A stretch of 61,758 nucleotides of DNA, filler included, from Bonamia ostreae (Eukaryota), in assembly GCA_040357525.1 (NCBI GenBank). It is 9 parts of 9 records of this genome, joined end to end, with 100 filler letters (N's around TTAATTAATTAA, not from the genome) between each part and the next. Parts side by side here need not be neighbours in the genome. Positions count along the whole stretch, not along the records: positions 7,014 to 13,816 come from JBDODL010000105.1; positions 13,917 to 20,718 come from JBDODL010000106.1; positions 20,819 to 27,600 come from JBDODL010000107.1; 6 more parts are not named here. The stretch is one strand, 5' to 3'. Positions 11,508 through 23,786 of the stretch are shown here, one piece after another. The notes below the pieces were generated by a model. It saw nothing but the letters and a program-made list of their open reading frames with translations, was not told the origin of the DNA and did not search any database. How positions within the stretch are numbered: position 1 is the stretch's first letter; every line of letters begins with the position of its first letter. A program made the translations under genes and the position numbers.

Positions 11508-12465
11508 ATGGTCATCAATTGGTTTTCCAATTTTACAAAAAACAAAACACTAATTCAGAATAAAAGCAAACGGAACAAAAATTTGGCCAGAACGTTAAAA
11601 ATGACTATTCGGGTTATTTATATCAATCTTTAGAAAGATAATTTTTCGGAAGAAGGGAATTTTAGGAAAGCTGTTCATTTGCCTAAAGGCGAAAATATTA
11701 ACGATTGGATTGCAATTCAAAGTTTTTTCAATTCAAAATTTAACGAATTGAAAATTAAAGTCAAATTTAAAAAATTTTAATGTTAAATTTGAACGTTAAA
11801 AATTTAGCTGTGGATTTGGCAGAATCTTCCCTTTTGCTATGGTCGATGACTGAACAATATTGCAATAAAAAAAGTTGTCCATTAATGTCTGCGGGGGACA
11901 AAACTACTTATTTGTGGTCGGATGGTAAATCCAAACCAATTTATTTGCCAGCAAAAGATTATATCAGAAATACGTTTAATTGGATCGATAAACAATTCGA
12001 AAACAACAAAATTTTTCCAATAAGTGAAAGTTTTTTATTACACAATCTTTTGATTTTGTATTCTTTGTATTTTAATTTACCGTTTTTCAATTTCTCGAAT
12101 TAACTTAATCTAAAACGCAAAAAAAATTTTAACGTTCTTTTATCGTTTTTTAATTCGCAAAAACTTTAAATCTTGCAAATTTAGACGAAGATTATCCAAA
12201 AAATTTTCAGAAAATAGTTTCGACGATAATTAAAAAAATGTATAGGATGTATGCTCATATTTACTTTTCTCATTTTTCCGATATGGAGATCAACGGATTA
12301 GAATCCAACATCAATTCGTTTTTCAAACACTTGGTCTTCTTTATCGCCGAATTTAAGTTGCTAAAACCAGCTGATATGGCGCCATTGCGTTCTATTTTGG
12401 AACGATTTTTGACTGATGACGAATATTTTAAACTTATGAAGATAAAGAAACGAGATTTCCACTAA
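11508..12465 (+). CDS. MOB1: MOB kinase activator (MOB1 family)
   Basis: GNFRKAVHLPKGENINDWIA, CNKKSCPLMSAG, YLWSD, PAKDYI and RMYAHIYFSHF...INSFFKHLVFF motifs. Confidence 0.93.
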
Positions 12466-12834
12466 ATTATCAATAATTTTTTTGAATGCACAAAAATCAA
12501 TCTGACTGTTTCAAACGTCAAATTGATCATTATTTTATCAAGCATTAGAATTCCAACGAACATTAATTTTTTAAGGCAATCTAAATTTTTATAAAGAGAG
12601 TTTTCTCACGTTAATTNNNNNNNNNNNNNNNNNNNNNNNNNNNNNNNNNNNNNNNNNNNNNNNNNNNNNNNNNNNNNNNNNNNNNNNNNNNNNNNNNNNN
12701 NNNNNNNNNNNNNNNNCTGCAACAAAATCCTTTACACATCCAAAAAACTCAAATCCCCAAAAACAAGCGTTGGTCATGTGAACAGGAACTTTAGCGGAAA
12801 CCTTTAAACTTCTCTAACACAGAAAGCTTTAAAA

Positions 12835-13655
12835 ATGGCTTTGCCTATTTTAAAAGTTAAAGACGAGCTATTAAGACGGATAGAGCAAGAACAATGTCTC
12901 ATCATCACTGGTGATACCGGCAGTGGCAAAAGTACCCAAATCCCGCAATTTTTGTACAACAGCGGGTATAGAAGGATAGCAATAACGCAGCCAAGACGAG
13001 TCGCAGTTTTTTAATATTTGCAAATTTCCCTCAAATTTTGTATTTTCAAATCGCCCAAAGGCCGTTTCTTTGGCGACGAGAGTGTCGACAGAAATGGCGG
13101 TCAAATTGGGCCAAAAAGTCGGCTACACAGTGCGTTTCGACGACTGCTCTTCCGACAATACAGAATTGAAATATTTGACCGACGGCTGTCTCCTCCGGGA
13201 ATGCATCGCCGACAGAAACTTTAGTCGCTACGACGTCATCATTCTCGACGAAGCGCACGAACGCAGTCTCCAAACTGACATCCTCTTCGGGCTACTCTTC
13301 GAGACGCTCCGGAGAAGACCCATTTCACACGGTAAAAAAGGTCTGAGAGTAATCGTCACATCCGCGACTCTTGACACCAAAAAGTTCTGCGAGTACTTTA
13401 ATTGTCGTTCGTTCCATATTCCGGGTCGTTGCTTTCCGGTCGAGATCAGAAACTCGGATGAAGCTCCGAGGCGATATGTCGCCGCGGCTGTCGACACTGT
13501 TTTGGCGATCCACAGGAAAAGTGCGGCGGATGGCCATGTTTTGGTGTTTCTGACAGGGCGCGAAGAGATCGAAGACGCGTGCGAAATGTTGGGAAGAAAA
13601 GTGGACGCTCTGATTGATGAGAATGTTGATTTGCCGGATATTGTTATATTACCGG
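12835..13655 (+). CDS. DEAH-box RNA helicase (PRP43/PRP22/DHX40-like), 5' part
   Basis: LPI...GDTGSGKSTQIPQF, TQPRRVA|AVSLA, TDGCLL, DEAHER, SAT, PGRCFPV and VFLTGREEIE; truncated at the scaffold end. Confidence 0.92.
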
Positions 13656-14202
13656 GTATTTTTATTTGTCCATCAAATCGTTATAAAAATCTGGCAAAAA
13701 AGTAAAATGTTAAAAAATTTTGTAACAATAAATTGACGATAAAATCGTTGTAAAATTTTGTTACAAAAAATTAAAAAAAAATCGTTTTAAAAATTCGTAA
13801 CAAAATATTGGCAATANNNNNNNNNNNNNNNNNNNNNNNNNNNNNNNNNNNNNNNNNNNNTTAATTAATTAANNNNNNNNNNNNNNNNNNNNNNNNNNNN
13901 NNNNNNNNNNNNNNNNTGCTTAAACGACATATCTTCGAAAAAAAATCTCGACATGATAATGAGGTTAAATTTGGATAGATAAATTTATTGACGCAAAAAA
14001 TTTCAATTTTAACATTCAGTCATTTTTCGTTTAGAAAGGATTGTTTTGTTATCATTTAATTTGCGTACTACTACAGACCATTAATTTAACTTCAGATTCA
14101 CATAAAAAATTTGCTGTTGCATTATCCTACTTCTTTCTTGTAAAAATAAAAATTGTTCAAATTTTCTAAATTAAGCACTTCAAAAATACTTAAATGATGG
14201 AT

Positions 14203-15574
14203 TTAATAATATGCTTCTTGATCGTTCTTCGTCTTTCCTTTTCGCGTGAAGCCCAAACATTTTCCAACATGTTTTGCAACTCGAACAATGAGATTTATTC
14301 TCATAGCGACTTCAGAACCGATCGACAACCCAAAAATCAATCCGAGCAACATTATCATTGACAGTTCTGCGTTTCTGCTGTAACTGTTTTTCAATCCTAT
14401 AGACAGAAATAACAGGAAGGAAACAGTATAAAAAGAGAGCCAAAAGTATTCACCAGTGAAAGCAATAAATTTATCTTTGATTAAATTCACGAAAGTGTGT
14501 TTTCGTCTGGCACATTCTGATGATGGTAGTTCTTCGAAATTAATTAGATTAAGGAGAGAAGTTGATTAAAATAAATATTTTTTCGAAAGAATTTATTTTT
14601 GCAAATTTATTATAAACGAAAATAAGTGTTGTTTGAATTCTTATGTAAAGTATCCTTGTAAATTGTTTTAAGAAGACCGATTAATGAAAACAGCCCCTCG
14701 TTTATCTTGTCGTCCTATTTCTTAAAGCAAAAAACATTTAAAGAGCATCTACTTCCACATCTTTTTGCTAAACTAAATTCTCTTTCAATTTGTTTAGCTT
14801 CATTAAAATCAAATGCTTTCAAATTGCCATTGCATCTTCTATAGCCGTCTTTCAAATTAGTTTTCAAAATTATACAATTCTAAATAACGCAAACTTAAAT
14901 CGAAAAATAACGGTTACAAACAAAATCATAACAAAACAAAGATCTGTAAAATGCTAGTTGATTCCATAAGAAAAATAACCTAAAATGATATCAAGCAAAT
15001 AGCGTGGATCTTTTTCCAGAGGATCACTTTTCTCTAATTTTGATAAATGAGTCTCTGCCATTTTGTCGATAAAGCAGACGACGTCAATTCCTAACGTTAC
15101 TACTTTTTGTGTCGTTAGTGTAATTTCGTAATGACGATTTTTATATTTATCATACACCTCACTCACTTCACTTAAGGCACTGATTAACTTTCTGTAAGCA
15201 TTCATTTTCAATATTTCATTGAGTTTAGACCACAGATCAAAGGAGGATTGTTTGAAACTTGTGTTTTCGACGATTTGCTTTGCCACAAAATAATTCGCTT
15301 GTTTGAAAATTTCATCTTTTTCTTTGAGTACATTGGTCATGTGCCATTTGTTTTTAATGTCAACGAGATTTGATAGTAATAGAAAGGGATTGTTGGCCAT
15401 TTGTAATAACTTTCCTTTAATAAAAATACTTTGGTTTGAGTCGATTGACCCAAAAACAAAATCTTTTAAAAGGGGAAAGAATTCTTTTTCTGAATCATTT
15501 GTAGCAGTGTGAAGAAATTTTCTAAATGTTTCTTCTTCAGAATGAATTAAATATAATGAATCTTTTTTGCACAT
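14203..15574 (-). CDS. Orphan protein with two C-terminal TM helices (multi-exon; exon joins uncertain)
   Basis: 206-aa and 95-aa ORFs on the same strand; last exon carries a TM pair ending LLGLIFGLSIG. Confidence 0.45.
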
Positions 15575-16178
15575 TATTGTTTAAATTATTTTTTGGCTTG
15601 TTGTTTAATTGTTTACTTTAAAATATTAAAATTTTGGTTTCGTTGATTTTTTTCGTAGATTTTAAAGATATCTGCTGTATCTGTTTAACCCCAATTTAGA
15701 TGTTGCTTTCGGTTCCCTTTGGAAATAAAATAGCTTACTTCCTATCTTGAAATCATTTTGTTTCCTCTGTTGTCGATTCTTTTAGCATTTATCCAGATCA
15801 ATCTTCCGAGTGCGATTTTATTTTTTAAGTAAAGTTACAGAGATTATTGAATAAATTTGTAAAATTTTGAAAAGATCTGAAGCTAAAAATATCAGACTAA
15901 AAAAGATAATTTAAATAATAAAGCTGTTTGCGGCTCAAAGATTGAAATTCTGAATCATTAAAAAAATTTCAAATAACTAAATTGTTGTCACGTTTAATTA
16001 AAAATAAAACAATCAAAGTACTGACAATGAATATAACTACAGTGTTGTTACATTTAATTTCGTCACAAGCCTTATCTTTTTGTATATTCGAATCCAAATT
16101 TGGGATTATTGTTGTTAGATTTGTATAAAGTTTGAAAATAAAATTATAAATGATTAACAAAAAAGGATATCGTTGTTT

Positions 16179-17465
16179 TTATTCACTTTTGTGTTTTGAT
16201 GCAGAAAAGCAACATCTGTAAAAAGGCCAACAACATCCAGTTATAAAATGTGCAAAACATTTGTCAAATTGTCCTCCAACAGATAAACCAACAAGCAGTC
16301 CAAAAAGATGTATCAAACCCTTTTTTTGATCAAAATACATTAAAATTATTCCACAGAGGAGAAAACCTATAAAAATAATTCCAATTATTGCAGATATGAC
16401 TTTTGAATTTTATTGAATTAATTTTTATTTTAAGTAAACCATAATTGAAAATCGCTTTTTTGCTGCTTCTAAATTTTTCGAGCAATTTCTCTTTTAATGA
16501 GCCTGAAAACATTTTAATTCTGCTTAGAAATCCCCCTTGTTTCTGTTCTAAATTGTAAAAATAAATCATTGTTACAACATTAATGGATTGCTACAATACA
16601 TGTTCAAATAATAAAAACGGAACAATGTCTTAGGTTCATTGCTTGCAGCAATGTCAGAAACTTTATTAATGAGGTTCTTTGCCCAGTTTTCAAGTTCTTG
16701 TATACTTTTTGCTTTATCTATATCTTTTACATCCTTTTTATAAATTTCCATAGTTTCTTTGTTTGCTGGATTAACATTAGCATTACAATCTTTCACGCTC
16801 GCTTTAAGTTTGTGTAATAACTCACCACTGGTGTAAGTGTCTGTTAAATTATGCTTTGCTACTTTTGAAATCGAATACTCCAAAGTGTTTGTGATGATGA
16901 CAAGAATAACAGTTGGTATTCGAGCATACTCTTTAGAGTCAGAAAGGTATACGTCATAAAAGCGCATCCCGTACATTGAAGAATTTATGGCCATTTGGTC
17001 GAGAGCTGGTCTCAATTCCAATATGTTGTTTTCGTTCTCTGAGCATCTTTTGATTGTGCCATATGAACCTTCGAATAAGCATTTCAAGGCTTTGTTTTTC
17101 AAGATTGACTCTAGTTTTTTTTTTTCAAATTTAGTTTTTTATAATGTTGTTACTCAATTAAATAATCAGATTCCAAAATAATATTAAAAACTTGACAAAA
17201 TATTCCAGATATTCTGCAATAACGAGCATTTCTTCTTTTCTGAATCGCTATCCGCCCAACCAGCCATTAAATCGTTCAATTTTGCTTGAACTTTCATTGG
17301 ATTACTGCACATCTCGATCAAGCCATGATTCACATTATAAGTTAGATCCACATTGTCCTTAGTTTCAAAAAGGATGTCGTTTAAGACCGGATGATATACT
17401 GGTACTTCTGTATTACTAGAAATTTTTGTTTATTGATGAAAAAACGGATTTAACGGATCAGACAT
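16179..17465 (-). CDS. Orphan protein with two C-terminal TM helices and a Cys-rich tail (multi-exon)
   Basis: Spliced C-terminus VISAIIGIIFIGFLLCGIILMYFDQKKGLIHLFGLLVGLSVGGQFDKCFAHFITGCCWPFYRCCF. Confidence 0.55.
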
Positions 17466-18666
17466 TTCTATTCGATATTATTTAATTATTATAAATATAC
17501 TGATTTAGTTTTTTTCCGGTTTGTTTTTTCATATGACAATATAACTTAAGGCAAAACAATAAATCTCAATTCTAAAATCCTTAAAGTCGCATTAATAATA
17601 AAATTTTGGAAGTTTAAACAAAAATAAAAAGTAAAGCATAATTAACTTTAGTATTATCAATTTAAAATACAAATCTATTAGTAACAAAATATTAAATTCA
17701 ACATTTCATCAAGCACGAATTGTTTATCCTTATAACGGTTTTACTTTAAAGTGGAAAATAAAAATTTTGCAACAGAATTGAAACAATAGATCATGTACCA
17801 AAATGTGAAGTTTCTAGCAGTATTTTGAAAAGATTGTTGTATCAACAGGGGAAAGCCAAATAATGTCCCATTCAACAGGGGAAAACAAATACTAAAAATC
17901 GTTTTGCTGCTATGATACCATCCTCGTGAGAGGTTCTGGCTGAGCACCCGGTGGTCATGCTATTCTCGAGACAACTTAAATCATATTCCCACAGTTCTAA
18001 AGAGATTTTCTTTGCACAAAAATGGTGTAAATTCTTGAGGGGATAAACACAGAAGAAGGATTTTTGCTGGTATGCAAAATCAAAAAAAATGAAAACGATA
18101 TCTTAATTAAAATTTGTGAGAAATCGATCATCAAAAGTTATGAGAGATATCTTAAAGAGAATGACGAAAGAATAAATAATAACATAGTTTTGAGTGTGTT
18201 AGTTAGTTGTTAATATGATTGATCAAAAAATAAACAAGAACAATTTAAAATTCAAAAGATTGAACAACAATCGACTGATTTTTTCTTTTGTCGTGTTAAA
18301 TAAAACTTTAATGTAGCCAGTTGTTGAATCGCTGTTAAATTTTGTATCGACGGCATTATTGTCGGGCATTATGGTTATGTTGAAAAAGTAATTTGCCTTA
18401 TTTCCGAATTATTGATGGATAAGAAATCATGATAAATAAAACCGAATTTGGTCGAAAAATATAAATAATAAAATGTTTGTTAAATATAAGAGAAAATGAT
18501 ATCGGGAAATAAAATAAATTAAATTTAAGGTTAATAACGGCTATTTTTTAAAATAAGAGTTCAATATAACAACAGTGTGTTCATATAATAAGCTTCACAA
18601 AAGTTAATATACCTCAGAATAGATAGTTTCTGCAAAAAGTAAATATCAAAAATTTGTTATGAAAAA

Positions 18667-18739
18667 TGGAGATGGCGAGTTTCGATCTCGCTGCCTCGTG
18701 CGTGCAAAGCACGCACGCTTCCGATTGCGCCACACCCCC
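18667..18739 (-). tRNA. tRNA-Ala(TGC)
   Basis: GGGGGTG/CATCTCC acceptor with G3:U70, CGTGC-TT-TGC-AC-GCACG anticodon arm, eukaryotic Ala-type ATCGAAA T-loop. Confidence 0.96.
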
Positions 18740-18911
18740 AATACAATGATTCATAATTTAATATATAAAACATTTTATTGAAAAACCAAAAATTTTTTAG
18801 TTCTACTTTTTCAAAAATGTTTATATCGCCTTTTTAAACTATGCTTGCACATCATATTTTTATAGACCAAATACAAAAAATGATAAACTCAAAATTGCAT
18901 TCTATTAAAAT

Positions 18912-19709
18912 TTACTCGCTTTCATCAATTTCATACATTTCCAATTCCGTTGAAGAATGATGCTCGATAAAAACAATTGCTCTCAAAACCACAAACATTA
19001 AATGTTTATAATCGATTTTGTGGCGAAACTTAACTTCAAAACTTGTTTTCTTTTGTGTGTCGGATATTTCAGTTAATATTATTTTGTTCTTTTTTCGAGA
19101 TTTAAATTTTAAAAGAGATTTTAAACAGTTTTAAAAGATTTATTACTAAAAGTGAAATTTTTTTAAATTCATTGCTAAAACAGTTTTGTTCTCAAATCCC
19201 CAAAAGAAGCCACATAATGGAAGAATAAGTTCTTTTTCGAATATATTTCTCTGTGGGAACAAGTCGTTGTATGTTTCAGTGTTATTTACACAAAACCAAA
19301 CTTTTATTTTTTAAAGAAAACAGTCAAATTTTGCGTTGGAATAATGAGACAAGTTGTAAACCGAGAAGAAAAACGATCCGCCTCCTCCAACAGCTTTATT
19401 TATGCGCGCATTTTGGCTTCCTTTTGGAACTTTGACGGAGACAGGAAAATTGTCGACGAGCACATTTGCAGATTCGAAATTAGTGGCAATAGAGCTGAAA
19501 GTCTTTATTTTTCCGACTACTTCGTCGTTCATTCAGTATTTACTAAAATTTAATATATTTTCAAAACTTAGCTTTTCAAAGCTCTTTTCTGTTTGATTTC
19601 TGAAGGAACAGAAAATTCCAAGATGCTTTTTTTGTGTTCTGTCTGCTTCAGATTAAATTCTTGTTCATACTTATTTACGATTTTTTGCAACCGTGGAAAT
19701 CTCATTCAT
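18912..19709 (-). CDS. Possible scramblase/Tubby-C/LURP-one-like protein (multi-exon)
   Basis: C-terminus TSFEVKFRHKIDYKHLMFVVLRAIVFIE resembles the scramblase terminal strand-plus-helix; weak. Confidence 0.3.
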
Positions 19710-20031
19710 TGATGATTCTGGTGATTAACCCATTCTGTGTGGGACAAAACACTGAATAATAAAAGAATGATAATTCTGATTTGATTGTTTATTTAATATG
19801 GCCAACAGAGAATGAAAAATTGTAATGAAAAAATGGGTGTTTGTTGAAAAATGGTTTGGAGAATGATTAGATATTTTAATTAAAAAGGAGAAATGTTCAG
19901 ATTTTCAGAGAGCATTGCAGTGACGAATTTTGAATACAATTCTGTTAACTGGCGTTATTTGCCATTCGTTAAACAAACAACTCGATATTATAACGTCAAC
20001 AATATACTAAAAAAAGCTCAAAGCTTTAAAA

Positions 20032-20718
20032 ATGCCTCGCGAAAAGGAATTGCATGTGCTCAAATCCGTAAAATTTATTTAATTTAAGCGGGATAGAAGA
20101 AGTTTTGCCGTTCGTTACGAACCGAAAAAGGCCGGCTACATCAACGGTAAATCTATCGGCTTTCACGACAAAGCTCTCCGACGTGCAGAAAAAGCCAATT
20201 GTAAAATAAAATTATATCAAAGACAATGCCGATAAAGATCCCATGATAAAAGGCAATCCATTCAAAACACTTTTTGTTTCACGCCTCGAAAAAACGCTAA
20301 CCGAAAATCAAATTAAAGCAGTGTTCGAACGATTTGGAGACATAAAACGGATAAGACTTGTCAAAAACAAAAATAATGTTAGCAGAGGCTACGCATTTCT
20401 AGAATTTAGGCGTTCGAAAAGCTTTATGAGAGCTTATACAACTTCTAATAAAATGGTAATAAAGGGAAAGAGAATTCTTGTTGACTTTGAAAGAGAGCGG
20501 ATAATGAAAGGGTGGAAGCCTAGAAGATTGGGTTTTATTGTTATTAAAAATTGGCTCCATTATTACAGGATAATATAAAGCTCAAAAACTATTAGATTGT
20601 TTTGATATATTAATCTAAAAGGCGGAGGATTGGGCGGTAATAAAAAATCGGGTCAGATGAGATTTGGGTCTAGAGATTATCCATTTTTTAGGGGAAAACC
20701 TAAATTTGCTAAATATAA
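20032..20718 (+). CDS. SNRNP35: U11/U12 snRNP 35 kDa protein (minor spliceosome); 3' end at scaffold edge
   Basis: N-terminal FAVRYEPKKAGYINGKSIGFHDKALRRA, an RRM, and the C-terminal GWKPRRLG|GGLGGNKKSGQMRFGSRDYPF. The last motif is diagnostic of U11-35K rather than U1-70K. Confidence 0.9.
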
Positions 20719-20847
20719 NNNNNNNNNNNNNNNNNNNNNNNNNNNNNNNNNNNNNNNNNNNNTTAATTAATTAANNNNNNNNNNNNNNNNNNNNNNNNNN
20801 NNNNNNNNNNNNNNNNNNTACAAATATGAAAATAGATAATATTTAAG

Positions 20848-23632
20848 TAGATCGATTAATTATAATGATATTTACAAAAAAGAACGCAAAAATCATTTAA
20901 ATGCAAAAGAAAACATTTTCTATAGCAGGTTAGAAGTAATAAAATTGATATTTCCGCCATTTGGAATATTAGGATTTCATCGTTACTATTTGAAGGATTA
21001 CATCACTGCTTTCTTTTATACGGTTACTTTTGGTTTCTTTGGAGTTGGATGGATTTTCGACCTTTTCTTTTTCTCTGATTATGTTCGAGATAAAAATAGA
21101 GAATTGGAGAAAAGAACATCTAAGGAAAGTGTCGAGAGAGTTAAAACATTTGCCCGTCTCCAAAGAATTAATTGTTTTCCGCTTAAAGAAGGGGAAAAAT
21201 CGTTGTTTTTAGCAATTTTTTAATAAAAATGATTTTTTTATAATTGTAAATTATATCTTAAAAAGTGAAGAAAAATGTATAAGGATATCCAACAAACCAA
21301 AAGTGTTCATAGAATTGTTTTCGAAAAACCAAATCAATTTATTTCTTTTTATATTTTTTATTGAATGTTTGATTAGCGATTCAATCAAAATATGCAGTCT
21401 TTTTATTATTAGTTCTCCTACTACAAATTGTTTTTTAATCTTTAAATTATTTAGTAATTGCTGGAGAGATAATTTTGATGTTGTTAAACTTAATATTAAT
21501 TAAATTTTGGATAAGAAGTGCTTTCGATTATGGTTTCTATAAAAAGGTTTTTTGGTATTGAATATGATCATATAATGTTTTATACTATGTAAAAACATGC
21601 AATATTAAGTTGTTACCACAGCAAATATGGATACTGGTGTTTTTGATATTACTATTGTGCATGCGCTTTGTAACAATAACTGCATTGCAATTAGAAAATT
21701 TGTTTATGTATCATTTGTCGTTTGCAATTATTTTGTCGTCAGAAAACGTTTGGATATTGTTTTTGATTTCTTCGTTTCGTCTTAACTTTGAGACAAAAAA
21801 CAACTACTCGTTTTACATCCCGAAAATAGTTTTTGGTTTTTTAGTTTAATTAATAGAGATTTTAATAGTTGGAGTGGCGATAACAGTGGAATACTTGAAA
21901 TTTTTTCAATGTTTTTAGAAAAATTTTGAAGGTAATAAAACATGGATTGCGTTTTGGATTATGTTGGGAACAAATATTGTCTTTATTATTTGGGTGCTAC
22001 GAGAAATTTTTATGGGCAAAAGGACGATAGCTAATTCTCCATATATGCGAACAAGGACATTTCAATTGGCTTTCCAGTTTATATTTTTTAAAAAATATGT
22101 ATTTAAAAATAATTTTAGATTTAAATTGTAACATTAAAATTTTAATACATTATTTCTAATGTAATAAAATATTTTAAAACGAAAACAATAATATTACTTT
22201 AATCAGAGATATAAAATTTAATCAATAAAAAAGATTGAGTGTAATAATATCATGCACCTTTTTGATATCCAAAATTTTGGTTCTGATACAACTTGCAATG
22301 TGGATAGTCAATTTTTGCGAACAAGAAACGTTCACTCCTATTTTTATATTACTCAACTACATGTTAATTCTGAAAATATTTCTGCTGTCCATTGCGTTCA
22401 TACCGTTGAGAAAAATATCTTTCGTCAAAGAATTCGATTTCGATATTCGCGTTGCTAAATGGCTCTCAATCTTTTCAAATGAAGTTTACTTCCCGTTTTT
22501 ATTCGAGAAAAGAAAATCGAAAAGCAAAATTGTAAAACCTTATCCCGAACTTCCTCTGATGAATGTAGAAAAATATAATTTTAATCTTTCCTTTGTTGGT
22601 TTTCTTTGATATCTTCGTAATTTAAATCTTGTAGCAATATTCTTAATTCATGTGACAAAAATAAAAGCCTCGTCATTAGAAACAGACGTTCAAGGAATAA
22701 TTTGCAGAAAAGAGAATGTGATAGTAGTCGCATTTAAAGGAACGACGTCAATGAAAAATATGTACAGCAACATAGATTTTCGGCAAAGTAAGATATTCTC
22801 TGATCTACAACCCGCTATTTCTTCTCTACAGAAAATCGTTTTTAATAAATTTATTTTTACATTGTTAAAATAAAATCAAAAGAAAATGCCTGTAAGAATT
22901 CACAAGGGGTTCAAAATGGCTTACTTTTCTATAAGAAAACAATTATTTGGTTATTTGGAAAAAATGACAAAACAGTTTACAGATATTAATGTTTCTATTT
23001 ATTGACAATCATTCTTTATTTCTTAAATTATCTTCTGTTGATTATAAATTTGTTTACGTCAGAAATATCTGTCATATAAATTTGTTAAAATCTAAATTCT
23101 TGATTAAGATCGATTTTTATGTGACAGGACATTCATTGGGAGGAGCCTTAGCTCAAATTTTTGCATTGGATTTGATTTTGAGGAAAGAACATGAAAGTAA
23201 AGTTTACACATTTGGAAGCCCAAAAGTAGGGAACGCTTTCTTTTCAAAATTATATGATGAGGTTTTGAGTAACTGTTGCTGTCGTTAATTAAAATTTTAA
23301 ACTTGAAGTTTTATCGATAATACAAAAAGGTGTTGCCAAGTACATTTAGATTAGTATTTAAGAAAGATGCGATAAGCAATTTACCGATGATGTCTGGATA
23401 TGTACATTCGGGAGTTACGGTACAGTTGGATCACGCTGGAAACATAATAATCGACCCATCTTTGGCAGAAAAGTTTATTGTCGGCTCGACAACTTCTTTG
23501 GACAACCATTTTTTGGGAAATTATATCAACGCTCTTTTTGAAGCAGAAAAATTTTATTCGGAACTTTACCAAAGAGAGAAAATGGGCGTAAAATCATCAT
23601 CGTCATTGTTCAAAGAAAATTCACATATTTAA
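20848..23632 (+). CDS. Multi-pass membrane lipase: TM2 domain + Wntless/TMEM181-like TM region + class 3 lipase; 5' truncated
   Basis: PFGILGFHRYYL...GVGWIFD (TM2); several TM helices with PYMRTRTFQLAF; VVAFKGTTS, IHKGF, TGHSLGGALAQ, YTFGSPKVGN, DAISNLP and H(F)LGNY lipase motifs; frames join through canonical introns. Confidence 0.8.
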
Positions 23633-23786
23633 ATTATTTTCATGGCATCAAAGTTATTTTTACAACAAATATTTAACATATTTCAAACAAATATATAAAA
23701 AATATCACAGAAATCGCAAATTGCAAAATTTTTTAACTTTAAATATTAATCAAGCAAAATATATTCGAAAATGAAAAATAGCAAGG

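Noticed and set aside
14954-15574. ATP synthase OSCP/delta similarity
   Set aside because: Only a vague resemblance; the conserved C-terminal D..I.GG motif is absent.
16161-16170. ATATCCTTTT on the minus strand as a U12-type AT-AC donor
   Set aside because: Lies just after a stop codon, with no TCCTTAAC-like branch point found downstream. Similar hits at 14650 (wrong strand for the local gene) and 52268-52277 (coding YPY) are also not intronic.
20243-20578. Calling the RRM protein U1-70K
   Set aside because: The flanking motifs (SGQMRFGSRD and YEPKKAG) are specific to SNRNP35.
20901-20945. An 8-nt intron (gttagaag) giving MQKKTFSIAVIKLIFPP
   Set aside because: The uninterrupted upstream frame (YSRLEVIKLIFPP) already fits TM2 spacing, and 8 nt is implausibly short.
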